Part shown: piece after piece, positions 1-13,642 of the stretch
How positions within the stretch are numbered: the first letter of the stretch is position 1
Layout: each line of letters starts with the position of its first letter
Source: Mytilus trossulus
Lineage: Eukaryota
Length of the DNA: 64,000 nt
Direction of reading: 5' to 3'
NCBI RefSeq assembly: GCF_036588685.1
Contig: NC_086382.1
Coordinates: 56,296,001-56,360,000 of the forward strand
Made by a program: the position numbers and the translations under genes
Notes under the pieces: generated by a model
Seen by the model: only the letters and a program-made list of their open reading frames with translations
Databases searched by the model: none
Told to the model about the DNA's origin: nothing

Positions 1-135
1 TAATTTTAGTGAAAGTGTTAGGTACCACCTTAATGACAGGATTTAAAACCTGAAGAAGCAAAATATTTCCTTAATAAGTTAATAAAACATATAATGGCTT
101 GGAATATCTATTAGTGCCATAACATTTAATATATA

Positions 136-2209
136 CCCAAGAGAAAACGAAAACGGGATCGATCGGGATCCCAATGCAATCCCGGTGAAATTGTCGGGAT
201 AAGCCAGGATAAGCATCTGGAAGCGGGATCCCATTCGGGATAAATATCTGAAACTGGGATCCCATTCGGGATAAATGTCTGAAGCCGGGATTCCAGTATA
301 GATGAAACAGGATAAATATCAGACACTGGGATCCCAATAGGAACTGTTTAAAGCCGGGATCCCAATCGGGAAAATTTTCTGATGCTGGGATCCCAGTCTA
401 GTCAAAACGGGAAATTGTATGAACCATAATTAATTTATGTTGTTGAAAATAGGCAAGTGTTTTGTTTGTGTATACATATGTCTCTAATATTAAACATCAA
501 GTATAGGTTATTGGTGTTAATTAATAATGTGTATGACACCAAAGCTGTCAGGTGAAGCCAATCACATTTAAGTGTCACATAATATCGATTTGACAGATAT
601 TTATAAGTCAGAAAAATGCCGAGATTTTCGCGATATAATGACAAGTCGTCCGAGGAAATGTCAACGGGTGTTTTGCCAGACAAGCTTCGGCGTTTCTAAT
701 GTTCCCCAAGTTCTCATAAGTGCGTTTCTATTAGTTGTCGTCCGGTATCAATGATAAGATAATGACTGACGTCGTAAAACGTTGGTTTTACATAACTTAT
801 GTAAAAAGTAAAAAAAAAAAATGATGACCACGTGCTTTGTTTTCAATTGTACTGAACAGTTCGACCCAAGAAAATACTGTCCTAAATAATGGAGCCACTA
901 TCTTATCCGCATGCACCAGATGCCGATTACTAAAGTATTCCTTTCTTATATTTAGTAAAAACTGGCCAGTAATTAATACTTTTATGTGATAACTTTAATT
1001 TATTTATAATACCGTTACGGAGACAGATCAACTTGGCCGATATAATTTGGGGCGAGATTGTCACGTCGACGTTTGTGTACTGGTAAAAACGTCATCAAAA
1101 TTTGTTTACGCTGAATTATGGACATTGAGGACGAAGATGATGTTTTCAGATAAGTGCATTAATAATTTAATTAAACATGTGTATATGTGCATATAATGAA
1201 TATAAATATAAATAATTGAGGAACTATGATTTGTATGGTTTTTATCTGAGCAAATCAACATCAGAAAGTCTTGAAAGCATAAACTGAAAATATATTCCGA
1301 CTCAGACGTATTTATTTTTAACATATATACAATGAATAAACTTGTTAACTTGTCACATAACAGGCATAAATAGTAGGTATGTCAAAATTTAATTCAGTTG
1401 TGTTTATGTTTATTTGGTGAAAATAATAAGTCGCTAGTTATTTATCGTCAGGGGATAAAAAAAAAAGGGGGAAGGTAATTAATTTGCAAAAAGATTAAAA
1501 TAACCTTCCGAGACTTCATAATTATTTGGACTAGCTTCCAATCTACTGTATTCTATAAACATTAACATGCAATAATATTTCTATTGAATTTGTTGCTTCA
1601 AAACGTATTGAACAAATGATTCTTTGTGGATTTTTTTCATACTTTTAGGGGATATACTGATCTTTTTAAATGGAGCTGCCAACGAAACAGATTGCATGCT
1701 GATATTCCAGTTACCATAATTTACTCAGCAACTTTAGTTGGACGTACAGACAGCAAATTAATTAACAGAAAGGAAAACATGACATGTATCCTTTTGCATA
1801 AATAACCCAGGAATCCCAGTGGCAGTGCAATTTGAATTGGTGCATGTATATCCTGCTGGTTTTTATTTTTGGGATCCCGCTTTTTTTTTCCGGGAATCCC
1901 AGTATATTTCCACTGGGATTAACATCGGGATCCCGCTTCTTTAACGGGAATCCCGAAATTTTATCCCAGTACATTACATCGGGATCCCGCTTATTTAGCG
2001 GGAATCCCGAAATTTTATCCCAGTGGGATCCCAGTATATTTCAACCGGGATTTACATCGGAAATCCCGGACTTTTGGCGGGATTCCCGAAATTTTATCCC
2101 GGTGGAATAAGGTGGGATCCCACTTGGAATCCCATCAAAATTCCAGCTGGGATTCCAGTGGAATTCCAGCTGGGATTCCAGTGGAATTCCAGATTTATTT
2201 TCTCTTGGG
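136..2209. mobile_element. Non-autonomous DNA transposon (~2.07 kb) in a PLD intron, with GGGATCCC-rich subterminal arrays
   Basis: TIR CCCAAGAGAAAA (136-147) / TTTTCTCTTGGG (2198-2209), flanked by TA on both sides; subterminal repeats at ~150-410 and ~1860-2190. Confidence 0.8.
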
Positions 2210-2350
2210 TAGTTACAGATAATATTCCAAAAGATTTTTGTATTATCCCACTATAAAACTACCATCACTATTAGAACTTGAAATCTGTGACCATAAAATC
2301 TACAATCCACTTTGGCAATAACTTATAAAACAGAATGTGATTTTTATTAC

Positions 2351-2508
2351 CTTTTCTTCCAGTTGCCAGCAAAGTGGAATTTTTTCAGACATCCACAACA
2401 GCCTATACTAATCCTCCGTCCACCAGAACATTTCCTGATTGCCCCCTCTCGCCATTTCTTACCCAGCTTCTTAACAAATGACAGCTGACTTACTTCGAAA
2501 AACTTTAA
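2351..2508 (-). CDS. PLD1: PLD1/2-like coding exon 6, PX end/PH start (LKFFEVSQLSFVKKLGKKWREGAIRKCSGGRRISIGCCGCLKKFHFAGNWKKR); gene continues left of the window
   Basis: Matches PLD1 [39 protein letters not shown]...WSKR, including the palmitoylated CC pair; AG/GT-bounded. Confidence 0.92.
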
Positions 2509-3005
2509 CTGAAATAAGAATATATGAAACTCTGTAGTAGTTGATATTGATGGTAATTTAACATGTGAAACTTCAAATAATTACAAAATATCTAGATAAT
2601 TAGGGAAATCTTTTTTCTTAAAAATGATAAATAAAAAATTCTAGATAATTCCTCTTTGTTTGTAATCATCCCCTATAATTGTCTTATATATATATGTTAT
2701 AAAACATAATATTCCCAACTGTTTTCATGATAAAAATAATATGACAAATAAAATCTGATTCAAATAACATCTATATTCCCCCAATGGTTCATTTATGATC
2801 TATTATGAAATAATAAGTTCATATATCAGTAAATAAAAAATATTAAATTACCAAGAAAACACCATCAAAAATGGTTTTGTAGTTTTAAACTGACATGATA
2901 TACAATCATTGCATGGCTTTAGATCTGTTTTATCCATAATTTAATAGCCAATTATATAACAGATAACATAAAAAGCCACAGACAGCCAATCAATGGTTAA
3001 CTTAC

Positions 3006-3071
3006 AGTTTCATGATGACTCCTGTAGACGTTTATATTCACTAGATTCTGTAAATACTCTTCCAAATAGTT
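3006..3071 (-). CDS. PLD1: PLD1/2-like coding exon 5 (NYLEEYLQNLVNINVYRSHHET)
   Basis: 66 nt, phase 0/0; matches PLD1 [21 protein letters not shown]. Confidence 0.9.
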
Positions 3072-4443
3072 CTGTAAAATAAATAATACCTTACATTTAA
3101 AAATAATGGCTTGTGTTTATATTGAACAAAGGACACTAATGTGAGATTATTTGTTGTAATTTATAGAAAATGCTTAAATTGAAGCTTCTATTTTCAAGAA
3201 ACCTACATATATCAAGTTTTTTTTTGGAATATTTGGAGGATATATATATGCATGTACATATCATTATATTATATATAGTATTAATAGTAGCCCAACACTG
3301 TAAGATTTGTAAATTTGCCAAAGCAAATTTTTGTTCTTCCCTGAGGCATGCAGTGGTCTAGTGTCTAAGCCAATGTCTTATCAACATTTGAACTTGTACT
3401 TGAAGTGAAACAATAACTTCATCCATAAATGTTTTGCAAGCATATGCATCAACACATTAATTTGAATAAATATTTATATCAATACACAGAGTTAACAATT
3501 CCTGACTCCTGAGGTATTAGGTCAGATCCATTAGTGAATGCAGTACAATTGGTTTAGATTATACATAAGAAGATGGTTAGGATGAAAGATAATGTAAACA
3601 CTAACCAGTTTAAATTTTAATTGATTCATATTCAGATCTATTAAAAAAAGATTAGAATGAATGAATTCTTTAACAATATTTATTTAAAACAATAAAAACA
3701 ATCTTTGTTTCCAACATCTATGTGTAATTCTGTCTTTCGTGAATGGTTGCCCTGTAGGCTCCCATTTTTTCAGTTTTAACAGATACACTATTTTCCCCCC
3801 AAAAAAAGGCGATTTATATTGTGTAAACATACTGATATATCTTACCTGCTTTATTGATTACAATTATGTATGGGGAATGTCTAGGAATAAATGTTTACAA
3901 TATGTTTTATTCATTTTGTAACATTGATCAATGAACATAAAATCAAAGGTCAGGTTACAAAATAAATTGTTTCAACCTGTTTCGGTGTTATTGTGATTGT
4001 TCATGTATGATGTATGATAAAGTTAACCCAATCTAATCAAAATTAGTTCATAGCCACTTGCTTCTCACTTGGTTTGATTTTTTGGGGCAATTTGGTCAAA
4101 AGAACTACAATTAACAAGATTTAAGTCAGCCATATTTGTCAACCAGATGGGACTTGACCTGATCATAAGGTGGACTGCACCAGGATCAAATGATTAACTT
4201 CTATCTGGCTGTTTCTGTCATCCTTTACCTATACTATAGTGACTGATCTACAATGTATCTATATCAGACTTTTGTTTAAATTTTCTTCTGACCATGTGAG
4301 CCCCTTGTGGGATGTAAAGGTATTTACTCTTTCCCCTAGTAGAAATAATTTATGAAGGCTATTAAACATCCTCCTAGTATTAGTAAATTATTTATCACTG
4401 CATGTAAAATACATTTTACTGAGATTTTAGCACAGCTTATTAC

Positions 4444-4543
4444 CTTTCTTTTTTCCATATCCCTTGCCATAAGTTCTGGTTTCTTTGGAAATCTTGGAAT
4501 TTTGTTTCTGGTTCCTTTAACACTTTGTCTTCTTCTTCTCTGA
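4444..4543 (-). CDS. PLD1: PLD1/2-like coding exon 4 (SQRRRRQSVKGTRNKIPRFPKKPELMARDMEKRK)
   Basis: ttccag acceptor, gtaata donor, phase 2 to 0; PX polyproline-loop region (P.LP). Confidence 0.85.
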
Positions 4544-5062
4544 CTGGAAGAAAAATGTCAAAATAAAAGTTGTGTCTATTGTTACAACTTTTTCAAATAC
4601 AATCTAAATTGTCAGATAATCTTCAGAATAAAAATATATAACATGTATGTATAAATTATATTTGTGAAAAAATTATGTTACATGCATGCATCTTTCTTTT
4701 CTTTCAATTTAAGGAATGACTAATATTTTTTCTGTCTATAAAGAAATACTGAATAACCCAAGTAGCGGATTATTCTAAAATGTGCACCACATTTTTTATG
4801 TTATTTCAAATACTGAAATAGACAAAGAAAATATTAAAGTCATCCCTAATTATTTAATTCTAAATTCCACTTTAAACCTGAGTAAAATGAAAAAAACATC
4901 GATGAAGGCATGGTCACATGACAAAATTATGTCTATGAGCTGATAGACAAAACACTGTTAGCCAATAAGAAGTTGCAAAACATCCAAAATCAAATTATTA
5001 CAATAGGATGCTTCTCCTGCTTTGTTTACATAAAATTACCAATGAAATAAAACATTTGTTTC

Positions 5063-5432
5063 TAATGTTGTACTGTTATACTACTGTCCCAGGTTAGGGG
5101 AGGGTTGGGATCCCGCTAACATGTTTAACCCTGCCACATTTTTCATGTATGTGCCTGTCCCAAGTCAGGAGCCTGTAATTCAGTGGTTGTCGTTTGTTTA
5201 TGTGTTACATATTTGTTTTTTCGCTCATTTTTTTGCACAAATAAGGCTGTTAGTTTTCTCGTTTGAATTGTTTTACATTGTCTTATCGGGGCCTTTTATA
5301 GCTGACTATGCGGTATGGGCTTTGCTCATTGTTGAAGGCCGTACGGTGACCTATAGTTGTTAATGTTTGTGTCATTTTGGTCTTTTGTTGATAGTTGTCT
5401 CATTGGCAATCATACCACATCTTCTTTTTTAT
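5063..5432 (-). mobile_element. Copy of the abundant interspersed repeat beginning AAGAAGATGTGGTATGATTGCCAATGAGACAACT (Mytilus-type)
   Basis: Related copies in this window at ~13773-13970, 24300-24475 plus 26185-26270, 26697-26900, 35876-36400, 42430-42780, 46835-46990, 50050-50128 and 57860-58100. Confidence 0.75.
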
Positions 5433-7035
5433 ATATATACATGCTAACTATGTGCAGAAATTTCAAATCCAGCAAAATATGCAACTAAAAGTTTCTATAT
5501 ATTTCAAATAATACCACTATATGAAACTTTTAAAACTAAAATTAAGATGTTAAAGAAAGTTATTATTCTAAGTGACAAACCAAAACAAAATTGTTTAAGA
5601 TTAAATTGCTAGTTAACACCACAAGATAATATGAGGCTCAGCAAAATATTAAATTGTTAAATATTGATTTTACTGTATAAATTGTGCTGTGAACAATTAT
5701 TCATGGTCAAATTAGACTTCCCAAGTCAGGAACCACGTCAGTGGTATTCTTTGGAATTTTTCTTTTTAGATTTAAGTGCGAGTGGAAGTTCTATAGTTGC
5801 TTGTGTTTTTTATATTCTCATTGTGTAAAGACATGTGTTAAGTTATTGAGGTCTAGATGTATTTGGGTTACTATTATACATCTATTATGGGTTGCTGTCT
5901 CATTTTTGAATTTGAAACATCTTCTTTTATTCATTAGATAACTCATATTCATTTATTTGGGCTCTGGAATTCCATAAATTATGCAAAGGATCTGAAAAAA
6001 AAGCAATCATTTGTAACTTAACAAGTCAAGGTCAGAGAAAGGTTAAACATGAGGTGTACATAACTATACTAGTAGGTGAATTATCAACAGGTCAAATATC
6101 TTATGACAAATTGTGAAGAAATTCTTGCTTGGACAAAGTCAACCATGTACTGATTACTGTGGATTAATTTAATATTTACATTATTATCAATTTTCATGGA
6201 TTGCGGAAAACTAACATTTCAGTAATTTGTTACCTTCAACCATCATATCCACAAAAATAATAAATCCATAGCATCAGGTTTTTTGTATGCAAAATACATG
6301 TATTTATACTTTGATGGTTTTTTAAATGAGAGTGTGTTTTTAAGCTTCAATCACATCAAGGGCCGCCACCTCAGAGAGAGAAACATCCTGAAGCTTGAAA
6401 GACCATTGATAATCTGTTTACCTCTATTTTGCTCATTACAATGACAATGGTACATGAGTTTCTAGCAATAATCTTATCTCTCAAGCTACATTTGTAGTAG
6501 CATGATAAAAACTTATCACAAAAATACATCAAAGGAAAACTGCACAAAATAGGATCATATAAAATATCAGCTGGAGTCATACATTTTTAATATGGAGCTT
6601 TTCATCAAGTAAGCACAGTGAACTAATTAAAATTCTTCCTATTGGGTTGAGCAGCTGATATTTTTTTAAATTAAAATAATAAAAATATGATAACCAATTT
6701 ATCAGATTGTACTTGTAGGTTTATTTCTAATATAAACAGTTACAGTTTTTTCTGTCACTTAATTACCAGTAGTAACCATTTGAGGATACAATTAGTTTGG
6801 GTCAAAACTATCAACATCTGATGAAATGTTGCTGATAGGTCATGGTCAAAGTTATTATGGCAAGGTCAAGCATATCTGACATCACTATTTCTATTTCTAC
6901 GAAGAGTGAAGTGATAGGCACGGTGAATAGAACAATAAAGGTAAATACAAAGCCTAGCTAATAATTATAAGCATGATATGACTGCATACAGTGGTTAATA
7001 CAAATTTGAATAATTCTGTAATCAACAAAAAAATA

Positions 7036-7241
7036 CTGTATTTGTACTTATTTTCGTGGTGAATTTATTTTCCTGAATTTCGCAGTTGGTTTATTATCGC
7101 GAAAATAAATACACAGGAATCCAAATCAAACCTTTCATCTGATATGCAATAATTATAAAATCGTGAAAATAAATACCCGCGAAAGTATTTGAAATACACA
7201 ATTCGCGAAAAATAAGTACACACAACAAAGTACAAGTACAG
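7036..7241. mobile_element. TA-flanked MITE (CTGTA...TACAG termini)
   Basis: Imperfect inverted ends tactgtatttgtactt / aagtacaagtacagta; internal CGCGAAAATAAA repeats. Confidence 0.65.
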
Positions 7242-7685
7242 TATTTCATCACAGCAATTTGCTTAAATTAATCCAATTTCTTATTTTTATATGACAAATG
7301 ACATGTCTGCGCTTATGTGACATTGAGCCTATTTAAACCAGAATAGCATACCCCACTAGTAATTTAAAGTTTCCCAAAAGAAATATTAGGTATCCTGACA
7401 TATTTGCTTTTATGCTGCAGCTCATCACTGTTGGGCTGCTGACTTAATATGAAGTCATTCTGTATATTAATTAGTAATGAAGCTATGTGTGACCAAATCT
7501 TTATAAAGCTGATCATTTTTGTTTTTTTGTACAGTCTTTCAAGGGCAATAACTTCCATAAGGGGTCCATTGAGAATTTCAGCCAAGTTGTCTATAATTTG
7601 TTGGGACATTTGATACATTTAGTACCTATACAGATGGTCCTTTTTATTTCTCTGTATCTACTTTTTTGTCTACTTTTTCCCTATT

Positions 7686-7800
7686 TTTTGCCATTATAAG
7701 TTTGACTTGTTAACTGGTTGTTCCTATTACATTTTTGCCATTATAAGTTTGACATGTTAACTGGTTGTTCCTATTACATTTTTGCCATTATAAGTTTGAC
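7686..7800. repeat. Tandem repeat, ~46-bp unit, ~2.5 copies
   Basis: tttttgccattataagtttgac[a/t]tgttaactggttgttcctattaca repeated. Confidence 0.85.
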
Positions 7801-8987
7801 TTTAGATTTAATAGGGTTACAGATAAAAGTCAAAATTGAATAAAAAATTATAAGAATCTTCAATTAGCTAGTAGCAACAATTAAACTCATATCAAATGTT
7901 GTCCAGTAGGCAGTTCCAAAACCTCAAATGCTGATAACATGACAATTGAATTTCATTCCCTATTTCATTTAAGGTTAGTTGGACAAAGTCCAAGCTTATT
8001 TTAGAATTTTATGTAGTTAGATTGCTGTGCTGGAAGGAGTGCATTTTTATTGCAAACTGAGATGTTAGGCCAAGAAACTCACATAGTTATTCTCTAATAC
8101 TTTAGTGCTGAAAATGTGGAATATTTTCCACAATAACTAACTAGCATACTAAAAGCTTACAGTGTGATCAGAGTGAATTAATGCTTTAGAATCAGTGTAA
8201 AGTTCTTGTCAAGCTAAATGTAGATAGTGCATTTTTCAAGCTTACTTTAATTTTCGTAGATGAATAACCTTAAATTAAAATTTCAAACATTTGTGCAAAG
8301 CCAAGGCAAACAATAGACACAGATCAATTCAATTAAAGCATTTGCTAAATTATGCATTGACACGTCTATTTAACATCATGACAAATCTAACCCAAAATAT
8401 GATATGATAAAGAGTTAATAAACCCTTAAGCAATACTCTAAAAATAATATTCTCACTTAAAACTGAAGACATGAGAAATGCATGAATGGTAAATTTTCTT
8501 TTACAGTTCTTCTATAAAAGCATGTACTTTAAGCAAACCTTTGATCAACTTATTTTCTATGTCTGTTGGATGTTTGTAAACTACAGGTAGGTAGTCTGTT
8601 TCAGTCTGTTTACTATATACTGGAATTTGATTGGACAATAAACATTAACATCATTGCATGTCAATTTTTATTGTCCAATCAAATCCCAGTATATATAAAA
8701 CAACTAGTCCGTCCCTTACCTATTGTTTGCAAACAATTTAACATCCAAACAAACATAGCAAGCTAGTTGATCATAGGTTTGATTTACATGCTTTTATAGG
8801 AGAGCTGTAATGAACAATGCCTAAGATCATCTGACTGTATGTTTAGGCCCCCTGATATCAATGGCATGATTCACTCTGACCCAGCTGTATGTTTTTATTT
8901 TACAAATCTAGGGTTTATACTTACTTCTCTCGTCTGAAAAACAGGTTCAGTCAAAATATATGTAACTGTGTGTCATGATTTCAAGTA

Positions 8988-9194
8988 CTGTAAATTCAGG
9001 AATTATTGCATGCATTTATTATTGTGATTTTGTCATTTTAGACTGAAATGCAATTTTAACTTTGGCATTATGCTGAGAAAAATCCTGATAAGTTCATATA
9101 AAATATTTCAAAATGCGAGTTTAAATTAATGCGTTTACAGCTCTGTTGAATTTTTTGCAATAATAAGACCTCACAATAATTTCTAAATTTACAG
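8988..9194. mobile_element. TA-flanked MITE
   Basis: TIR ctgtaaattcaggaattattg / caataatttctaaatttacag, with TA on both sides. Confidence 0.75.
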
Positions 9195-10768
9195 TAGTCT
9201 ATATACTTATTTATCCTTTAGTTTTCAATTCATATTTTGTTAAATATATATTTAACTTGCTCAGGTTAAATGTGAGATATATATTAATTCTTAACCCATA
9301 GTATATATTTGCATAAACAGAAAAGTGATAAAATACATGTACCAAATATAGGAAATGTTTTAGGGAATGAAAAGTCCCATTAATTGTCTGTTTTGATTAA
9401 GAATGAAGTTTGCAATATATAAAACACTTAACCAGTCAAGTGACATATATATGATAACCAAGTTCAAGTTAAAACTAAAGTCATAAAAAAGTCACCTTGT
9501 CCCAATTCATAAAATGTTGAAATAATATTAATGATGCATGACTAAAAACAAGACTATATATATGTATACATCAATGATGATAAGTGCAAATCTACACATC
9601 CACAAGTCACCAAATATGGCATTCAATAATATGCTGTTTTAGTAATTCATTATTTCTAAGAAGATTTTTTTTTCTTCATAGAAACTAAAATTTTGATTTT
9701 AACAGATGGAACGAACACATAGCACTTTTACCTTCAAATATTGCATATATATAACCCCCTAAAATATGAAAATTATTTCATGTAAGGATTAACAAAAGCT
9801 CCCTTCTCAATATTTAAATTAATTTTGATACTGATTCTTCTGGTAGCCATTAGTTTGGTATAAATTTCTTAGTTTCTAACTAACTACTCTGGTTGTCTTG
9901 AAGAACTCTGCTCGCCACAGGACAGTTATGAGTTCAATCAGTGGCTGAGAAAAAGCAATGACTTTATAATTAGAATATATACTGCTTCCGTCATTATTAC
10001 TTTGAATGAATGTCACATTTATGATATTTGAAGAGCAAAGATTGGTTGATCTAAATTTATAGTTTGAATAATAAAAGTTTAAACTGATGTTTAAATGATA
10101 AGACTTAGGACAACATGTCTTTGTTTTAATGTATTAATTAATGAAAAAATGCATTAATTTCAGTAATGCTTGTTATAATGCATCTGTATTTCAGAGAAAC
10201 TTTCAATGAACATGTACATCACATTGATAATCTTTTATAATTAAGGCAATTTTTTTATAAATTTTATAAGTGTTTTTAATGTTAAATGCTCCATATTTGT
10301 AAATCTGATAAACATTGTTAAAAATTGTAAAAAAAAATGCAATAGGAAATAGCCACTACAGATTTTAGAGTATATCTAAAATTATGCTTGATTTTATCAA
10401 CCTGATAAATAACAGCGCAACTCAACTCAATATATATCATTAACCTTGTTTACTCATTGACATGTATTTTTTTTAATTCTTTTTTTACATTCAACGGATG
10501 TTTAAAGTGGTCTTCCTCTACAACGACCCAATAGAGGACATTTTAACTTGTAAATATCAAGTGAAGTTTGCAAGATATATACATTATAAACATGATAAAT
10601 GTAGTCAAATTATCATCAATGCATGGCTGAATGAACTAATTTTCCATTAGATAGTTTTCTTAAGATCTACCTATGTCAGGTATGGGGATAGTATCATTGA
10701 ATGATTTATGATACAAAATATAAAAACAGGTGTACTGAGTTTACTCTCAAGGTTAACTTAAATACACC

Positions 10769-11182
10769 CAGTGATATTGTTGTCTTTTTTCAAAACTACC
10801 TCTACCCTTTTTTATTGGGAAAATATAAGTCATTTTCATCAAATTGGGAAATTTAAAATAAACCATGAATTTGACTGAAACTTCATTTTACAGACTCACT
10901 TTCAAGAGTCAAACCCTGCTTTAAAATAAGACCCCATTTTGTCTGTGATGATACATAAATAAACCCTTCAAATGTGAACATATAGTCATTTTAGGCATGA
11001 CAAATGTTTAGATGAGTGTTTTTCAGTTTGAATTCATGCACAATTACTACTGAGACTGCACTGTTTGGGAAAAAAGTTGTCTATTTGGGAATAATTTTAA
11101 GCCATTTTTTTTTCAAATTGGAATTCTTCTCCAGGGGAAAAAGCCTGTATTCTCCACAAATTAAAGGCAAACAATATCACTG
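10769..11182. mobile_element. MITE with CAG termini and a 5-bp TSD (ACACC)
   Basis: TIR cagtgatattgtt / aacaatatcactg; ACACC at 10764-10768 and 11183-11187. Confidence 0.8.
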
Positions 11183-11478
11183 ACACCGTACAATATCTTA
11201 AAGTTTCTCTAAAATCACTTCATATCAGTAAACCTAATTCACCATCACAATACAGAGCATGCAGAAGAAACAACATTTAATTCAATCAATTGAAATAGGG
11301 ATTAAAAAACTACCTTTAAGTTTCAACAATTTTTTTTCAAAGTTCACAAGTCAACATACACTTCTATTTTCTGTTACCCAATCTAAACAGTGGTAGAAAT
11401 ACATGTCCAGTCTATAAGTTTGTGGTAAATAAAAGCTCAAAAATATAACTGCAGATACAGAAAGTGTTTAAAACTTAC

Positions 11479-11607
11479 GATTTTGTAGGCATTGGCAGAC
11501 TACATTTGGCTTTGTACAGTTGAAGTTGTTGGTGAAGATGTGTAAAATGTTTGTATCTTCTACGAATCGTCCATTCAAATTCTCCATGTTTTATGGCTAT
11601 AGTGTAC
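11479..11607 (-). CDS. PLD1: PLD1/2-like coding exon 3, PX domain (YTIAIKHGEFEWTIRRRYKHFTHLHQQLQLYKAKCSLPMPTK)
   Basis: Strong match to recalled human PLD1 PX [41 protein letters not shown]; tag|G...TC|gtaagt, phase 2/2. Confidence 0.92.
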
Positions 11608-12545
11608 CTACATAAGTTTATAAATAAAATTGTTTTGTAGTCGAGAGATTTTTTTTTTATTATAAAGAACAGTTTTTTTCAGAATATATTTCATGGCTTC
11701 TACATAGCATATTGATAAATACAATCATGTAAAATTCAGAATTTAGAAACAAGAAATTAGTTAATTCATTAGATATCATGCGTACATTGACATAAAGACG
11801 TAAATGTAAATGACAAAAATGTTTTTCAATGTAAAATATTGAACAATTAATGCATCTTAAGAGACAAAATTCACAACTGACTATTTGTTCAACTTTCCAG
11901 AATAAAAACAATTTTGGCTGCAAGACAACCAACTAAGAATCAGTCAGTTCTAATCAATGTAGATTTGTTTATATTAGCTATATAGTCTCCAAAGAAATCA
12001 ATTACCAGTTTAATTGATAGTTATTGGAAATTTGGTTCAATATAAACAAATATTATATATCCCCACATTAAATGAACATTGTATTGTGATTTTTCCCTAT
12101 AAAAGCAGATCAATAGTCTGAAAGACTGATATAACTATTAATATCAAGGAAATAACAGGTATAAACGACATTTTTTAATTTTTTTTTAGCCAAAAGTGTT
12201 TCATGTGTTTCTAAGACTCATTCTCAAGCTGAGTTTTGGATAGGTTGGTTTATAAGATACCTGTACAAGATTCATCTGATGGATGGAACTTTTTTGCCAA
12301 TTGATGTCTATCAATTGCTGATGTGACCTTGAACTTTGATCTTATGACCTTAAAACCAATGTATGTCTTAGTGATCTTATGAGGTATCAATGAAAGTTTG
12401 GTAAAAGTTGGATGTATGCGATATGGTTCAAAATAATATTTCAGAACAAATATTTGGTTTAAATTTCAGTCTATCAATAATGATGTGACCTTATCTTTGA
12501 CTCAAAATTCAAAGGGAGAAGGGTCTTTCATCCCATGGGGCATTG

Positions 12546-12691
12546 CAGAGGTGGATTTATGGGGGGGGGGGGGGCCTTTGGGACAAAATTTGGTTGTTTA
12601 TATAGGGAATCACAGGAGAGTGACTGGAGCAGGCCTTCTCTTAGGTCAGTCAGTGGGCCCCCACTTATAAAAATTTCAGGATCCACCACTG
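12546..12691. mobile_element. Short CAG(T/A)GG.GGAT...ATCC.CCACTG MITE with a 5-bp TSD (CATTG)
   Basis: CATTG at 12541-12545 and 12692-12696; related copies at ~18348-18500, 19844-19998, 23649-23720 and 26990-27217. Confidence 0.75.
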
Positions 12692-12940
12692 CATTGTGAA
12701 GCAAAGTTTAGCAAAGAAGTTCTTGTAGATCACACATTTTGCCTTGATAGCAAAATGCTTATCCTGGACAACCAGAATGCTGGTGTCATTTATCATCATG
12801 ATCATATGATAAAGGCTAGTTCAACTTTGCTGATGAAATAATTGTCATCTGTCTAAAATAACTGAGGGTATACATCGTACATGGTCTAAGTCAATTGTCA
12901 CTTATATTTGGAGAAAGAATAATAGTTCATAAATTCGAAT

Positions 12941-13491
12941 AAATTTTGATATGAGGTCTGTCATGGTGTTATCTATACTTCCAAATAAGGGCTGAAGATT
13001 TTGATATAAGAATAGGTCTGTCATGGTGTTATTGATAATTACAAATAATGACTGAAGATTTTGATATGACGTCTGTCATGGTGTTATCTATAATTTTACA
13101 AAAGGGCTGAAGGTTTTGATATGAGGTCTGTCATATAGTGTTATCTATAATTACAAATAAGGGCTGAAGATTTTGATATGAGGTCTGTCATAGATGGTGT
13201 TATCTTTAATAACAAATAAGGGCTGAAGATTTTGATATTTGGTGTTATATATATACTCTTACAAATAAGAGCTGAAGATTTTGATACAAGTCTGTCATAC
13301 ATGTCGTATGGTGTTATCTATAATTACAAATAAGGGGTGAAGATCTTGATATGAGGTCTGTCATATGGTATTATCTATAATTACAAATAAGGGGTGAAGA
13401 TTTTGATACATGTATGTATGAGGTCTGTACATGAATCTTTGATTACAAATAAGGGCTGTAGATATTGATATTAGGTTTTATCTATACTTAC
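12941..13491. repeat. Tandem array (~55-bp unit, ~10 copies) derived from the PLD exon 2 / intron 2 junction
   Basis: On the - strand the unit reads ATAACACCATGACAGACCTCATATCAAAATCTTCAGCCCTTATTT|GTAATTATAG, matching the real exon end CTCATATCAAAATCTTCAGTCCTTATTT|GTAAGTATAG. Confidence 0.85.
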
Positions 13492-13642
13492 AAATAAGGA
13501 CTGAAGATTTTGATATGAGCTTGATGTCTTTCATATGATGTTATCTTTACTTGGATTGGTACGCCTTGAATCCAACAATTTCTTCTGATAGTTCCAAATG
13601 GCACAGATGGCGAATGAACATCTTTGAATGGTATTTCTTTTG
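13492..13642 (-). CDS. PLD1: PLD1/2-like coding exon 2 (AKEIPFKDVHSPSVPFGTIRRNCWIQGVPIQVKITSYERHQAHIKIFSPYL)
   Basis: AG/GT-bounded, phase 1 to 2; resembles the PLD1 pre-PX/PX start (IPF...GCPIKAQVLEVER...INL). Confidence 0.85.

Noticed and set aside
1-49. Apparent acceptor cttcttcag on the - strand as the next PLD exon
   Set aside because: The required phase gives TTT TAA (stop) and no WL.VKD motif; the sequence after TTAA looks more like a transposon end.
71-337. ORFs in the GGGATCCC arrays (also 1762-2256)
   Set aside because: Translations of transposon subterminal repeats.
5121-5363. 80-aa ORF (and similar ORFs at 24154, 26543, 48701, 50935)
   Set aside because: They lie entirely within high-copy interspersed repeats and have no protein motifs.
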